Assembly (NCBI GenBank): GCA_028874675.1
Contig: JAPPJA010000038.1
Span: forward strand, 1-40,000
Direction of reading: 5' to 3'
Origin: Chloroflexota bacterium
GTDB lineage: Bacteria; Chloroflexota; Dehalococcoidia; Lucifugimonadales; UBA3495
Length of the DNA stretch: 40,000 nucleotides
Positions within the stretch are counted from its first letter, which is position 1. Each line of letters opens with the position of its first letter. Made by a program: the position numbers and the translations under genes. Shown here piece after piece: positions 8,115-16,531 of the stretch. The notes below the pieces were generated by a model that had not been told where the DNA came from, did not search any database, and saw only the letters and a program-made list of their open reading frames with translations.

Positions 8115-8714
8115 TTGAGAATTGGGGTACTAGCCGTACAGGGTGACTTCGCCGAGCACATCGCAATTCTGAGGCGGCTCAACGTTGATTGCCTGGAGGT
8201 CCGGTTGCCGGAACAACTGGACGACGTCAGCGGCCTTATTATCCCCGGCGGCGAAAGCACCACCCTCAGCCGGCTTATGAGCATCTACAACCTCCGGGAA
8301 CCGGTCCAGGACATGGCCCGGGCCGGAAAGGCCGTCTGGGGCACCTGCGCCGGCATGATCATGCTGGCCCACGAAATCACCGAAGCCGACCCGGTTCCCC
8401 TGCAGTTGATGGACATCGGCGTGCGCCGCAACGCCTTTGGCCGGCAGATTGACAGCTTCGAGCAGGAGCTGGACATCGCCGGGCTGGATTCCAGGCCCTT
8501 CCACGCCATATTCATCCGGGCGCCGGTGGTCATGCGAGTTGGAGACAAGGTAAAGACCCTGGCGACCCTGGCCGACGGACAGGCCGTGGCGGTCAGGCAG
8601 GGCAACCTGATGGCCACCGCCTTTCATCCCGAACTTACCCGCGACACCCGTCTTCACCAGTATTTCCTGGATTTGGCGGCTGCGCCGGCTGGTGGCGCCG
8701 GTCGGGGCAGTTAG
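8115..8714 (+). CDS. pdxT: Pyridoxal 5'-phosphate synthase, glutaminase subunit PdxT
   Basis: MRIGVLAVQGDFAEHI, GGESTT, GTCAGMI and FHPE motifs. Adjacent to pdxS. Confidence 0.95.
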   Translation: MRIGVLAVQGDFAEHIAILRRLNVDCLEVRLPEQLDDVSGLIIPGGESTTLSRLMSIYNLREPVQDMARAGKAVWGTCAGMIMLAHEITEADPVPLQLMDIGVRRNAFGRQIDSFEQELDIAGLDSRPFHAIFIRAPVVMRVGDKVKTLATLADGQAVAVRQGNLMATAFHPELTRDTRLHQYFLDLAAAPAGGAGRGS

Positions 8715-8740
8715 ATTCCGGGCTGGCGCCGATAGAACCT

Positions 8741-9745
8741 ATGTCAACCGTTCAGTCCTTTCGCATCACCGACGCCTTGCGCTGCACCCTGCTCAACGCG
8801 CCCAGGGGGCCAAACCTGGCATGCCCCAACCCGATTTTCAGCAGCGGACTGCCGGGCTCCTGCGGGGCCAGCCTGTGGCGAGATGCTGTGCTTCAACCGA
8901 AAGGCCGGGTGGCCCTGGCCCAGTGGCAAGGGACGCGGTTGACCGGACTGGCCTCCGCCCGCACCAGATCGGGGAAGCGCGCCTGGGAACTGGACGGCCT
9001 GTACCTGCCGTCGGTTACGGCGTCATGGGCTAACTCCGGTCCAGCGTTGGATGGCAAGGGTTGTCGGGAGCCTGTTGAAGGAGAGTCCGAAGCCCTGGCC
9101 CTTCTTGAGGAAGTGTTTCAAGCTGTAGGTGAACGCGCGGGTGAGCGGGTGTTCCTGAGGGCGCCCGGCAGCAGTTCCGCGGTTCCTCTGGCCCGCCGGA
9201 GCGGGTTTATTGCCGTGTGCGGCGAGACTATGGTGGAGGGTCCGGCGACCTCCAGAGCCAATGGCGCGGCAAAGCAGGAGTCGCAAAATGGTCTGCGGGC
9301 CAGGCTGCCCTCGGACGATTACGGGGTTTTCCAGCTTTACTGCGCCGCTACGCCAATGCGGGTGCGCCAGGCCCTGGGGCTTACCTTCGAACAGTGGCAG
9401 GACGCCCGGCAGCCAGGGAACCGGGGTGTTTCACCCGTACGACAGCAGGAATGGATAGCTGAAGAATCCGGCCGGATCCTGGGCTGGGTAAGACTGGCCG
9501 GACGCGGCGGGTCCACAGCCGCGGAGGTTATGGCTCACCCGGACCATCCCGACCTGCTTTTCCGCCTGGCGGATTTTGCCTCGTCCCGAGCCTCGCGTCT
9601 GCGTTGGCTGGTTCCGGACTACCAGGCGCCCGTCGCGGAAAGGCTTGTCAGCCGGGGAGCCCGGGCAGTGGGCGAATATAATATGATGGTGAAGATGGTG
9701 ACCGTTCCGGCCGTGCAATACGGAATGGCGCCGGTGGAGGCGTGA
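8741..9745 (+). CDS. Hypothetical protein, possibly GNAT-like acetyltransferase fold
   Basis: 334 aa ORF whose stop abuts the next gene. Only weak GNAT-like segments were seen (VFLRAPGSSSAVPLARRSGF). No confident family call. Confidence 0.5.
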   Translation: MSTVQSFRITDALRCTLLNAPRGPNLACPNPIFSSGLPGSCGASLWRDAVLQPKGRVALAQWQGTRLTGLASARTRSGKRAWELDGLYLPSVTASWANSGPALDGKGCREPVEGESEALALLEEVFQAVGERAGERVFLRAPGSSSAVPLARRSGFIAVCGETMVEGPATSRANGAAKQESQNGLRARLPSDDYGVFQLYCAATPMRVRQALGLTFEQWQDARQPGNRGVSPVRQQEWIAEESGRILGWVRLAGRGGSTAAEVMAHPDHPDLLFRLADFASSRASRLRWLVPDYQAPVAERLVSRGARAVGEYNMMVKMVTVPAVQYGMAPVEA

Positions 9746-9746
9746 A

Positions 9747-11501
9747 TTGGTAGCAGCGCAAGAGCTGGTACAGGAAGAAATGGAGCGTTTGCTGGAAATC
9801 CTGCCCCCCCGGGTGAAAAGCAGCCTGGTGGACGAGGAGAACCTGGCCGACCTGCTGGAGGTGGTGCTGGACCTGGGCCGCCTGCCGGAAGCCCGTTTCC
9901 CCACCGGGGATGTCATCCTGGACGATCGGGAGGTTACCCGCGACGACCTGGACTACCTGGTGCGACAGATCGGCGACTTTGGCGACGACAACCGGGCCGG
10001 CATGGAACGGACGCTGCATCGCATTTCCGCCATTCGCAACCGCAAGGGGCAGGTGGTAGGCATTACCTGCCGCGCCGGCCGGGCCGTATTCGGAACCATC
10101 AAGATAATCGAAGACCTGGCCTTCGCCAACAAGAACATCCTCCTCCTGGGGCGGCCCGGCGTGGGCAAGACTACCATGCTGCGCGAGGTGGCCCGGGTGT
10201 TGGCCGACAGCGCACGCAAGCGGGTGGTAATCGTTGATACTTCCAATGAAATCGCGGGTGACGGCGATGTACCCCACCCCGCCATCGGCCACGCCCGCCG
10301 CATGCAGGTGGCCACCCCCACCAGACAGCACGGGGTAATGATCGAAGCCGTGGAGAACCACATGCCCCAGACCATCATCATTGACGAGATGGGCACCGAG
10401 GAGGAAGCAGCCGCCGCCCGCACCATCGCCGAGCGCGGCGTCCAGCTCATTGCCACGGCCCACGGCAATACCCTGGACAACCTGATTCTGAACCCCACCC
10501 TTTCCGACCTGGTGGGCGGCATCCAGTCAGTAACCCTGGGCGACCAGGAAGCTCGCTACCGGGGAACCCAGAAGACCGTGCTGGAACGCAAGGCGCCACC
10601 CACCTTCGACGTGGTGGTGGAGATTCAGAGCTGGGAGCAGGTGGCCGTACACGACGGCGTGGCCCAGGTGGTGGACCAGTGGCTGCGGGGTTACCCCATA
10701 GTCCCGGTAATTCGCAGCCTGGACGACGAGGGCGAGGTGATGGAGCGGCAGGGCGATCCCCGTCCCAACGCCGACCCGCCGGCCCCCTGGGACCAGGAAT
10801 TCGGAGGCCGGAACCAGGACTACGGAAACCGGGGACGTCGTTCCGACCGTCGCCAGGGCAGGGGGCAGGACCGGCAGATGCCGCCGCCCTACAGCCCTCC
10901 GTCTCAATCGCGGCAGGGTTACCTGGATAACGGAAGCTACGATGAAGCCGCGGAAAAACCGGAAACGGAGCCGGCTGAGGTCGTCAGCGAGAACGGGGCC
11001 CGCACCCTGAACGCCCAGGTCTTCCTGTTCGGCGTAAGCCGGGACAAGCTGGATTCGGCCCAGGCGGATATGGGACTGAACGTGGCCGTCGTTAACGAAC
11101 TGCGCCGGGCGTCCCTGGTCCTGACCACCAAGACCCACTACCGCCGGGGGGCGCAGCTGGTGCGTTCCGCCGAGTCCACCGGTACTCCCGTTTACGTGCT
11201 GCGCAAGAACACTCTGCCCCAGATAAACGATTTCCTGCGGATGCTGGCCAAGGAGCAGGGAGTGCCCGTCCGGGGCAGCCGTCCCCGGGACGACACGGCG
11301 CCCAAGGAAACCCTGGACCAGGCAATGATGGAAGCCGAAGAAGCAGCCCAACGGGTACTGGGCGGCGAATTCAGTGTTCAGCTGAACCCCCAGCGGGCCT
11401 ACGTGAGAAGGCTGCAGCACCTGCTGGCCGAGCGTTTCAGCCTGGCCTCCACCAGCCGGGGTCGGGAACCGGAACGGTCGGTGCTGATTTACCGGCCGTA
11501 G
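9747..11501 (+). CDS. R3H-domain AAA ATPase (Ycf45 / SpoIIIAA-like family)
   Basis: Walker A GRPGVGKTT, Walker B IIIDEMG and IATAHG. The C-terminal R3H-like region is LNPQRAYVRRLQHLLAERF. GTG start lies 2 nt after the upstream stop. Confidence 0.85.
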   Translation: MVAAQELVQEEMERLLEILPPRVKSSLVDEENLADLLEVVLDLGRLPEARFPTGDVILDDREVTRDDLDYLVRQIGDFGDDNRAGMERTLHRISAIRNRKGQVVGITCRAGRAVFGTIKIIEDLAFANKNILLLGRPGVGKTTMLREVARVLADSARKRVVIVDTSNEIAGDGDVPHPAIGHARRMQVATPTRQHGVMIEAVENHMPQTIIIDEMGTEEEAAAARTIAERGVQLIATAHGNTLDNLILNPTLSDLVGGIQSVTLGDQEARYRGTQKTVLERKAPPTFDVVVEIQSWEQVAVHDGVAQVVDQWLRGYPIVPVIRSLDDEGEVMERQGDPRPNADPPAPWDQEFGGRNQDYGNRGRRSDRRQGRGQDRQMPPPYSPPSQSRQGYLDNGSYDEAAEKPETEPAEVVSENGARTLNAQVFLFGVSRDKLDSAQADMGLNVAVVNELRRASLVLTTKTHYRRGAQLVRSAESTGTPVYVLRKNTLPQINDFLRMLAKEQGVPVRGSRPRDDTAPKETLDQAMMEAEEAAQRVLGGEFSVQLNPQRAYVRRLQHLLAERFSLASTSRGREPERSVLIYRP

Positions 11502-11512
11502 GGGCCCCAGGG

Positions 11513-11544
11513 TTATCCACGAACGCACACCAATGTTCACCGAC
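11513..11544 (+). repeat. CACGAAT-type heptamer array (degenerate half element)
   Basis: TTATCCAC head at 11513-11520. CACGAAC at 11518, CACCAAT at 11528, CACCGAC at 11538. Starts 11 nt after the stop at 11499-11501. Confidence 0.6.
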
Positions 11545-11672
11545 GATGTTATGCCGGCGTGGGCACAGACCAATCAGGACCGGCCCTTGGGCGCCGTCCC
11601 TTTTCCCGGTTTGCCAGCCAGGCGCCGTCAGCTTCCAAAGACGGACGATACAAGTTTTAGCAGAGGTGCCCG

Positions 11673-12422
11673 GTGCCCGGACTGTTCATAGCCTTTGAGG
11701 GCGGCGAGGGAGCGGGGAAGACCACCCAGTCGCTTCTGCTGGCGGAGCGGCTGGCCGAATTGCAGACGCCACATCTGCTGGTGCGCGAACCCGGGGGAAC
11801 AGAACTGGGAGAATACCTCCGCGAGTACCTGAAGAGTGAGCGGCCCCTGTCCCCGGAAGCGGAGCTCCTGCTTTTCGAGGCGGCCAGGGTGGAACTGGTT
11901 TCCTGCCAGATAGTTCCTGCCCTGGAGGCCGGCCAGGTGGTAATTGCCGACCGCTTTTTCGGCTCAACCATCGCCTACCAGGGGTACGGGCGTGGCCTGG
12001 ACCTGCAGATCATAGACTCCCTCAATCGTTTCGCCGCCGGAAGCGCCACGCCTGACCTGACCATTCTGCTGGACCTGTCGCCGGAAGCAGGCATCCGGCG
12101 GGCGATGGCCTTCCAGACTTCCTTCTCGCAGGACGCTTCCGGGGGCCTGGCGCCCCTGGAAAGGAATGAAGAGGGGACCCGGTTTGAGGACCTGGATCTG
12201 GACTTCCATAACAGGGCAAGGGCGGGATTCAAGGAACTGGCAGAAGCCCAGCAGGAGACATGGGTGATGATAGACGCCCTGGGGTCCATAGAGAGCGTCC
12301 AGGACGAAATCTGGAGTCGGACCAGGGAACGGCTTTACCCGGAGGAGAAAGCCGCCAGGGCCAGGCCTCGCGCCCCGACGAACCCTGTCCCCCAGGGAGA
12401 ATTGTGGCCCCAGGCCACCTGA
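11673..12422 (+). CDS. tmk: Thymidylate kinase
   Basis: FIAFEGGEGAGKTTQ P-loop, REPGGT and DRF motifs. Carries a C-terminal ~40 aa extension. Confidence 0.92.
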   Translation: MPGLFIAFEGGEGAGKTTQSLLLAERLAELQTPHLLVREPGGTELGEYLREYLKSERPLSPEAELLLFEAARVELVSCQIVPALEAGQVVIADRFFGSTIAYQGYGRGLDLQIIDSLNRFAAGSATPDLTILLDLSPEAGIRRAMAFQTSFSQDASGGLAPLERNEEGTRFEDLDLDFHNRARAGFKELAEAQQETWVMIDALGSIESVQDEIWSRTRERLYPEEKAARARPRAPTNPVPQGELWPQAT

Positions 12423-12481
12423 CCACACCCGGAGAGGGCCGGAACGGGCATTCTCTCCGACCAAAAAGCCAAAAAAGTTAT

Positions 12482-12504
12482 GCCCCGCTGCGTGGCAGCG
12501 GGGC
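12482..12504. terminator. Bidirectional intrinsic terminator between convergent tmk and the selenoprotein gene
   Basis: Perfect 10-bp stem gccccgctgc/gcagcggggc with a 3-nt loop. It is flanked by an A-rich tract upstream (CCAAAAAGCCAAAAAAG, which gives a U-tract for the minus-strand transcript) and TGTTGTTGGTCTT downstream. Confidence 0.75.
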
Positions 12505-12557
12505 TGTTGTTGGTCTTCCGTTAAGCCGGTCGCCGAGGCGGACCGGCGTTATAAATG

Positions 12558-12842
12558 CTAGTTATCGGCAGGAACGGCTTCCAAGCTGCTAATCCGCTCG
12601 GTGATTACTTCCTTCATCTTGCGGACCCGAGCCAGGTCGGGGTAGCTGTTGCCTTCGGCCTTCTTGTCGAAGATCTTCTCGCCGTCTACAAATACTTCCA
12701 TGATGCCCTGGCCGCGGGGGGAAATGGTAATCGCAGCGTCGGGACCATATGTGCGGAAGAATTCATTCGCCATCCACGTGGCGGTAGCGTGGTGCTGTCA
12801 AGGTACGCAGTAGGTAATCTCGATCTGGACTTTGCCTTCCAT
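12558..12842 (-). CDS. SelW/Rdx-family selenoprotein (94 aa) with in-frame UGA at 12798-12800 read as selenocysteine
   Basis: AAGGAGG lies 7 nt before ATG 12842. Manual translation gives MEGKVQIEITYCVP-U-QHHATATWMANEFF..., with a CxxU redox motif at the position expected for this family. The downstream part (ITISPRGQGIMEVFVDGEKIFDKKAEGNSYP) matches the Rdx pattern. The track only reports the 71 aa part after the TGA. Confidence 0.75.
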
Positions 12843-12881
12843 AGGTTCCTCCTTGTTAGGCCTACTCTATGAGTTCCTATA

Positions 12882-12909
12882 ATTCTACCCAATATTATCC
12901 ACAAGTCAA
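12882..12909 (-). promoter_or_regulatory. Candidate promoter of the selenoprotein gene (TTGACT-N16-TAGAAT) with an embedded perfect DnaA box
   Basis: On the minus strand, TTGACT is at 12909-12904 and TAGAAT at 12887-12882. TTATCCACA on the plus strand at 12895-12903 lies in the spacer. The local context is AT-rich. Confidence 0.45.
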
Positions 12910-12972
12910 GTAGGTTTACTGCCTATTGTGCATTTTGTAACAACTAATTTACATCTATAAAACTGTTCTAAG

Positions 12973-13764
12973 TCAAAATTCGGGTTGCCGTTTCTCTTTG
13001 AATGCCTGAATTCCTTCCTGGGGATGGGAAGAGGTAGCGAAATACTGCACGAAGGCCATACCTTCCCGGTCAACTCCCGCCCGCAGCGGAAGGTCCTGCC
13101 CCTGCCGGGTGATGGACTTGATCCAGCTTAACCCGGTACGGCTCTTGCCCCGGAGCTGACCCAGTATGCCTTCCAGTTCCGCATCCAGCTGTTCCTGCGG
13201 CGCCGCCCGCAGCGCCAGGCCCCATTCCACTGCCTCGTTGCCGGAAAGCCAGCGCCCGGTGGTCAGCAATTCCATGGCCCGCGGCATGCCGACCCGCCGG
13301 GGCAGGCGCTGGGTGGAGCCGCCGCCGGGCATCAGCCCAAAGTTGGCGTGCTGGTCGCCCAGGCGGGCGTCCTCGGCGGCAAGGGTCATATCGCAGGCCA
13401 GCGTCAGTTCCAGCCCCCCGGCCAGGGCGAACCCTTGCACCACCGCGATGGTGGGAATGGGCAAGTCTTCCAGCTGGAAGAAGCATTCGTTCAGCAGCTT
13501 CACGTAGGGGGGCAAAAGGGATATCTCGTCGAATACGGTGTCGAAGAAGAGCAGGTCCGCCCCGGCGCAGAAGGCCCGGCCCTCGCCCCGGATGACCAGG
13601 GCCTTGACCGATTCGTCCTCACCCACCGCCGCAACGGCGTGGGAGAACTCCGCCAGCAGCTCCAGGTTCAGGGCGTTAAGGGCGTCGGGCCGGTTCAGGC
13701 GGATGGTGGCAACCCGGTCAGCGGTTTCAAGGATGATGTTGGCGTATTGCAAATGGGGCCTCAC
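12973..13764 (-). CDS. Enoyl-CoA hydratase/isomerase (crotonase) family protein
   Basis: ATIRLNRPDALNALN, GEGRAFCAGADL and GGLELTLACD are crotonase motifs. Start is GTG 13764 or TTG 13752. Confidence 0.9.
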   Translation of the reverse strand: MRPHLQYANIILETADRVATIRLNRPDALNALNLELLAEFSHAVAAVGEDESVKALVIRGEGRAFCAGADLLFFDTVFDEISLLPPYVKLLNECFFQLEDLPIPTIAVVQGFALAGGLELTLACDMTLAAEDARLGDQHANFGLMPGGGSTQRLPRRVGMPRAMELLTTGRWLSGNEAVEWGLALRAAPQEQLDAELEGILGQLRGKSRTGLSWIKSITRQGQDLPLRAGVDREGMAFVQYFATSSHPQEGIQAFKEKRQPEF

Positions 13765-13807
13765 GGGGGAACTGCAAACGTAGATGCGCCCGGGCGTATT
13801 CGCGGGT

Positions 13808-14191
13808 TCAAGTTTGAGCCTTTACCTCGGCATCCCGAATGTAATCTATTGTTTCTCGGACGTCGCGGTCTATGTCTTCCTCAGGTTCCAATATCCCGTC
13901 GTAGAAGCACCTGCCGTGCAGGAAGGACTGTCGGGCGGCGTAACGCAACCGCAGGGACTCAAGCGAAGGATCAAGATGTCTCAGACGTCGAATACCAAGG
14001 ACCGTCTGACCCGATGTACGCGGTTCAACGCCGGTGCGGGCAAGAATCAGCGCGTCAGTTGCCCGCTTGGTCGCTCCCCAGGCCTTGTCGGCTGCGTTCC
14101 GCATTCGGCCTTCCTCAAGCATTTCCAGGGCATCGTCATATAGCGCTCGGGCGTCAGCGAATAGAAAGCTTACTCGGTCTGTTTCCAGCAT
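13808..14191 (-). CDS. Solo HEPN-fold protein, PaREP1-like (paralog A), with Rx4H motif
   Basis: 127 aa all-helical-looking protein. AADKAWGATKRATDAL is a PaREP1-like signature. RQSFLH (Rx4H) is in the position of the HEPN catalytic motif. About 72% aa identity to 16040-16423. Confidence 0.6.
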   Translation of the reverse strand: MLETDRVSFLFADARALYDDALEMLEEGRMRNAADKAWGATKRATDALILARTGVEPRTSGQTVLGIRRLRHLDPSLESLRLRYAARQSFLHGRCFYDGILEPEEDIDRDVRETIDYIRDAEVKAQT

Positions 14192-14318
14192 ATGGCCTCA
14201 GCAACTTCAGGGTATGCCGGATTCTACACATAGGTTAGCTGACAGGAAATATCTCGGATAGCAAGGCCCTTCCCTCTTTCAATAGAGGGAGCAGGGATGA
14301 ACGCAGAATCTGAACCCT

Positions 14319-14501
14319 CCTACCGCCCCAGCATTGACAGCAGCCCCGGATGACCAGGGCCTTGACCGATTCGTCCTCACCCACCGCGGCAACGGCGTGG
14401 GAGAACTCCGCCAGCAGCTCCAGGTTAAGGGCGTCGGGCCGGTTCAGGCGGATGGTGGCAACCCGGTCAGCGGTTTCAAGGATGATGTTGGCATATTGCA
14501 A
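14319..14501 (-). pseudogene. Chimeric relic: ~30 bp of the secF 3' end fused to a duplicated 5' fragment of the enoyl-CoA hydratase gene
   Basis: 14345-14520 matches 13585-13764 plus ~20 nt upstream, nearly identical with one 9-nt deletion. 14319-14348 (ctaccgccccagc..attgacagcag) matches the secF terminus at 16559. The junction is at a gccccgg microhomology. Confidence 0.8.
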
Positions 14502-14596
14502 ATGGGGGCCTCACGGGGTTGGTGTGGAAGACTGTGGGATAGCTCCTGGTCAGTTATCAAACCGCGTTAACGCGGAGGCTGCCATAAAAAGTGACG

Positions 14597-15391
14597 CTAG
14601 ACTGCAGCCAAGTCCAACGAGCGAACGGCCTCTGTTTCGCGATGGAGAAGTTCTTCAGCTTCCCTCAAGACATAAGAGTAGAACCTCTCTTCTGCTTCAA
14701 CCGAGTCCTCTGCTTCGAGCACAGGAATTGTAGAAGCGTCTTGAAGTTGGCAATAGAGAGCATTCATTGTCTCTTTGCCCTCATGAAGTTTTTCGGTTTC
14801 CTGATTCCACTCTTCCGCATCGATATGGCCTACATATTCGTCCGATTCGGAGTTCCACACCAGGTAGGCCTTGAAAAGAACATCAGCCACCAGTCGCGGC
14901 CTGGTCTCTACCGAAGGCTGGTAAATCATTTTTATCCGAACTGCGCCAGGCCCTTCCCCGACAAATCGATACTCAACTCGGTCGTTATTTGGATCCTCAG
15001 ACAGTTCCGAGTTGCCAGATGGCACGACGTGGAGCGCAATTACTTCGGCGTCAAATGTCTCATAGATCACTCGACCGTGTTCCAGGGAAACGGTAGCCTT
15101 CTGTTGGTGAACGAAAGACTCTTGAGGCTCCAGGGGGACTTCATGGGCTTTGCGCTCCTGAGCTTCATCGTAAACAGCCTGCAGCCGGCGCCATATGTCA
15201 GTCCCATTGCCGAACAGCTTCCCTAACTCGACAGCCATTTCGGGAGTGACTCGGGATTTGCCGTTCAAGACTTGTGCAAGCGCTTCCGGAGTGACGTTGA
15301 GCTTTAGCGAGATTTCAGGGACTTCCATTCCCAGGGCGTTCATATTGGACTGAATGAGCCGGCCGGGATGGGCAGGGTACTTCATTGGCAT
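14597..15391 (-). CDS. higA: HigA-family antitoxin (XRE HTH) fused to an unrecognised ~170 aa C-terminal domain
   Basis: The N-terminal ~85 aa (HPGRLIQSNMNALGMEVPEISLKLNVTPEALAQVLNGKSRVTPEMAVELGKLFGNGTDIWRRLQAVYD) matches HigA/VapI. The gene lies 11 nt downstream of higB with a GGGGGA SD. The remainder has no recognised family. Confidence 0.8.
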   Translation of the reverse strand: MPMKYPAHPGRLIQSNMNALGMEVPEISLKLNVTPEALAQVLNGKSRVTPEMAVELGKLFGNGTDIWRRLQAVYDEAQERKAHEVPLEPQESFVHQQKATVSLEHGRVIYETFDAEVIALHVVPSGNSELSEDPNNDRVEYRFVGEGPGAVRIKMIYQPSVETRPRLVADVLFKAYLVWNSESDEYVGHIDAEEWNQETEKLHEGKETMNALYCQLQDASTIPVLEAEDSVEAEERFYSYVLREAEELLHRETEAVRSLDLAAV

Positions 15392-15402
15392 TTGGTATCC
15401 CC

Positions 15403-15681
15403 CTAATGGTAGTCCACGTAATCTACATCAGTAACATTACTACCATCGAATCGAAAGATAATCCGCCAGTTGCGACTTACCATCACGGACCAGAACCCGC
15501 TCAAAGGCCCACTGAGAGGATGAAGCCGGTAGCCGGGCTGATCCATCTCCGCAGCTCTCTCTGCCGTATCAAGCAGGGTTAGTATTTCTTCAATCCTTGC
15601 AATGTGGTTGGCTGGCAGCCGCGCCCGGTCTCCTCGCTCAAACAGATGCTCAAGTCTGCGGCTACGGAACCCTATTATCAT
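15403..15681 (-). CDS. higB: HigB toxin (plasmid maintenance system killer, RelE/ParE superfamily)
   Basis: LEHLFERGD..., GYRLHPLSGPLSGFWSVMVSRNWRIIFRF and DVDYVDYH closely match the HigB consensus. A TATAAT (minus strand, 15698-15693) lies just upstream of the ATG. Confidence 0.9.
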   Translation of the reverse strand: MIIGFRSRRLEHLFERGDRARLPANHIARIEEILTLLDTAERAAEMDQPGYRLHPLSGPLSGFWSVMVSRNWRIIFRFDGSNVTDVDYVDYH

Positions 15682-15746
15682 GCTTTCAGAGAATTATACA
15701 GCCATGCGAAAAATATCGGGTTCATTTCGCGAGACCGCGAGACCTG

Positions 15747-15921
15747 CTACCTCCCCAGCAGCCCCAGCATTGACCGCAGGCCCGTGGCAGCGGTGGCGCC
15801 AACTCGGCGGCCCCGACCTATGATGCGGCCAAATTCGCCCCGCTCCCAGATGACCACGAACTGGCTGGCTATGAAGATTGAACTGTAGGTACCCACGATC
15901 ACGCCGATGGCCAGCACCAGG
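15747..15921 (-). pseudogene. Duplicated 3' fragment of secF (~175 bp)
   Basis: Aligns with 16559-16735 with roughly a dozen mismatches by eye and includes the stop codon. No 5' part is present. Confidence 0.85.
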
Positions 15922-16039
15922 ACGGTCTTGACTACTCAGGCAGGAAGTCTGCGTTCTGGTTACGCCCTTGCGCCCTTGAATTCGATCCATGGGCTTTCCC
16001 TGTCAAAGGCCAGGATATCGGCAAATTCCTAGTCAGTCA

Positions 16040-16423
16040 TCAAACTTCGGCCATTGCCTCGGCTTCCCGAATGTAATCCAGGGTTTCGCGTACGTCAGCA
16101 ATGATGTCGTCCTCCGGCTCCAGTATGCCGTCGTAGAAACAGGCGCCGTGCAGGAAGGATTGGCGATGTCCGTATCGCAGTCGCAAAGGTTCCAGGGCCG
16201 GGTCCTGCCTTCGCAGCTGCCGGATCATGCGCATGGTCTGCCCGAAGGTGCGTGGTTCCTCGCCGGTGCGGGCCAGCATCAGCGCGTCCGTGGCCCGCTT
16301 GGTCGCTCCCCAGGCCTTGTCGGCTGCGTTCCGCATTCGGCCCTGGTCCAGCATTTCCAGGGCGTCCTGATACAGATCACGGGCATCCGCGAAGAGGTAA
16401 CTTACTCGTTCGGTTTCCAGCAT
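16040..16423 (-). CDS. Solo HEPN-fold protein, PaREP1-like (paralog B), with Rx4H motif
   Basis: Same length and architecture as 13808-14191. Conserved AADKAWGATKRATDAL and RQSFLHG motifs. Confidence 0.6.
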   Translation of the reverse strand: MLETERVSYLFADARDLYQDALEMLDQGRMRNAADKAWGATKRATDALMLARTGEEPRTFGQTMRMIRQLRRQDPALEPLRLRYGHRQSFLHGACFYDGILEPEDDIIADVRETLDYIREAEAMAEV

Positions 16424-16502
16424 AGGTTCTCAAATGCGACAGGATACGCCATATTCTACAGGTATCCTGCTGCAACACGAAACATCTTGGAACACGAGGT
16501 AA

Positions 16503-16531
16503 GGGCCCCTCTACCAGTGAAAGAGGGGCCC
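16503..16531 (-). terminator. Hairpin downstream of secF (candidate terminator)
   Basis: gggcccctct/agaggggccc 10-bp stem with a 9-nt loop, 28 nt after the secF stop. The trailing U-tract is weak. Confidence 0.45.

Noticed and set aside
12555-12872. 105 aa plus-strand ORF across the selenoprotein locus.
   Set aside because: It lies antisense to a gene with a strong SD, promoter, terminator and Rdx-family similarity, and its own translation has no features.
14235-14501. 88 aa ORF annotated by the track as a possible small crotonase-like gene.
   Set aside because: Only the first ~55 residues match the ech N-terminus. The rest reads through the secF relic and the hairpin. It lacks the catalytic core, so I treat it as a pseudogene fragment.
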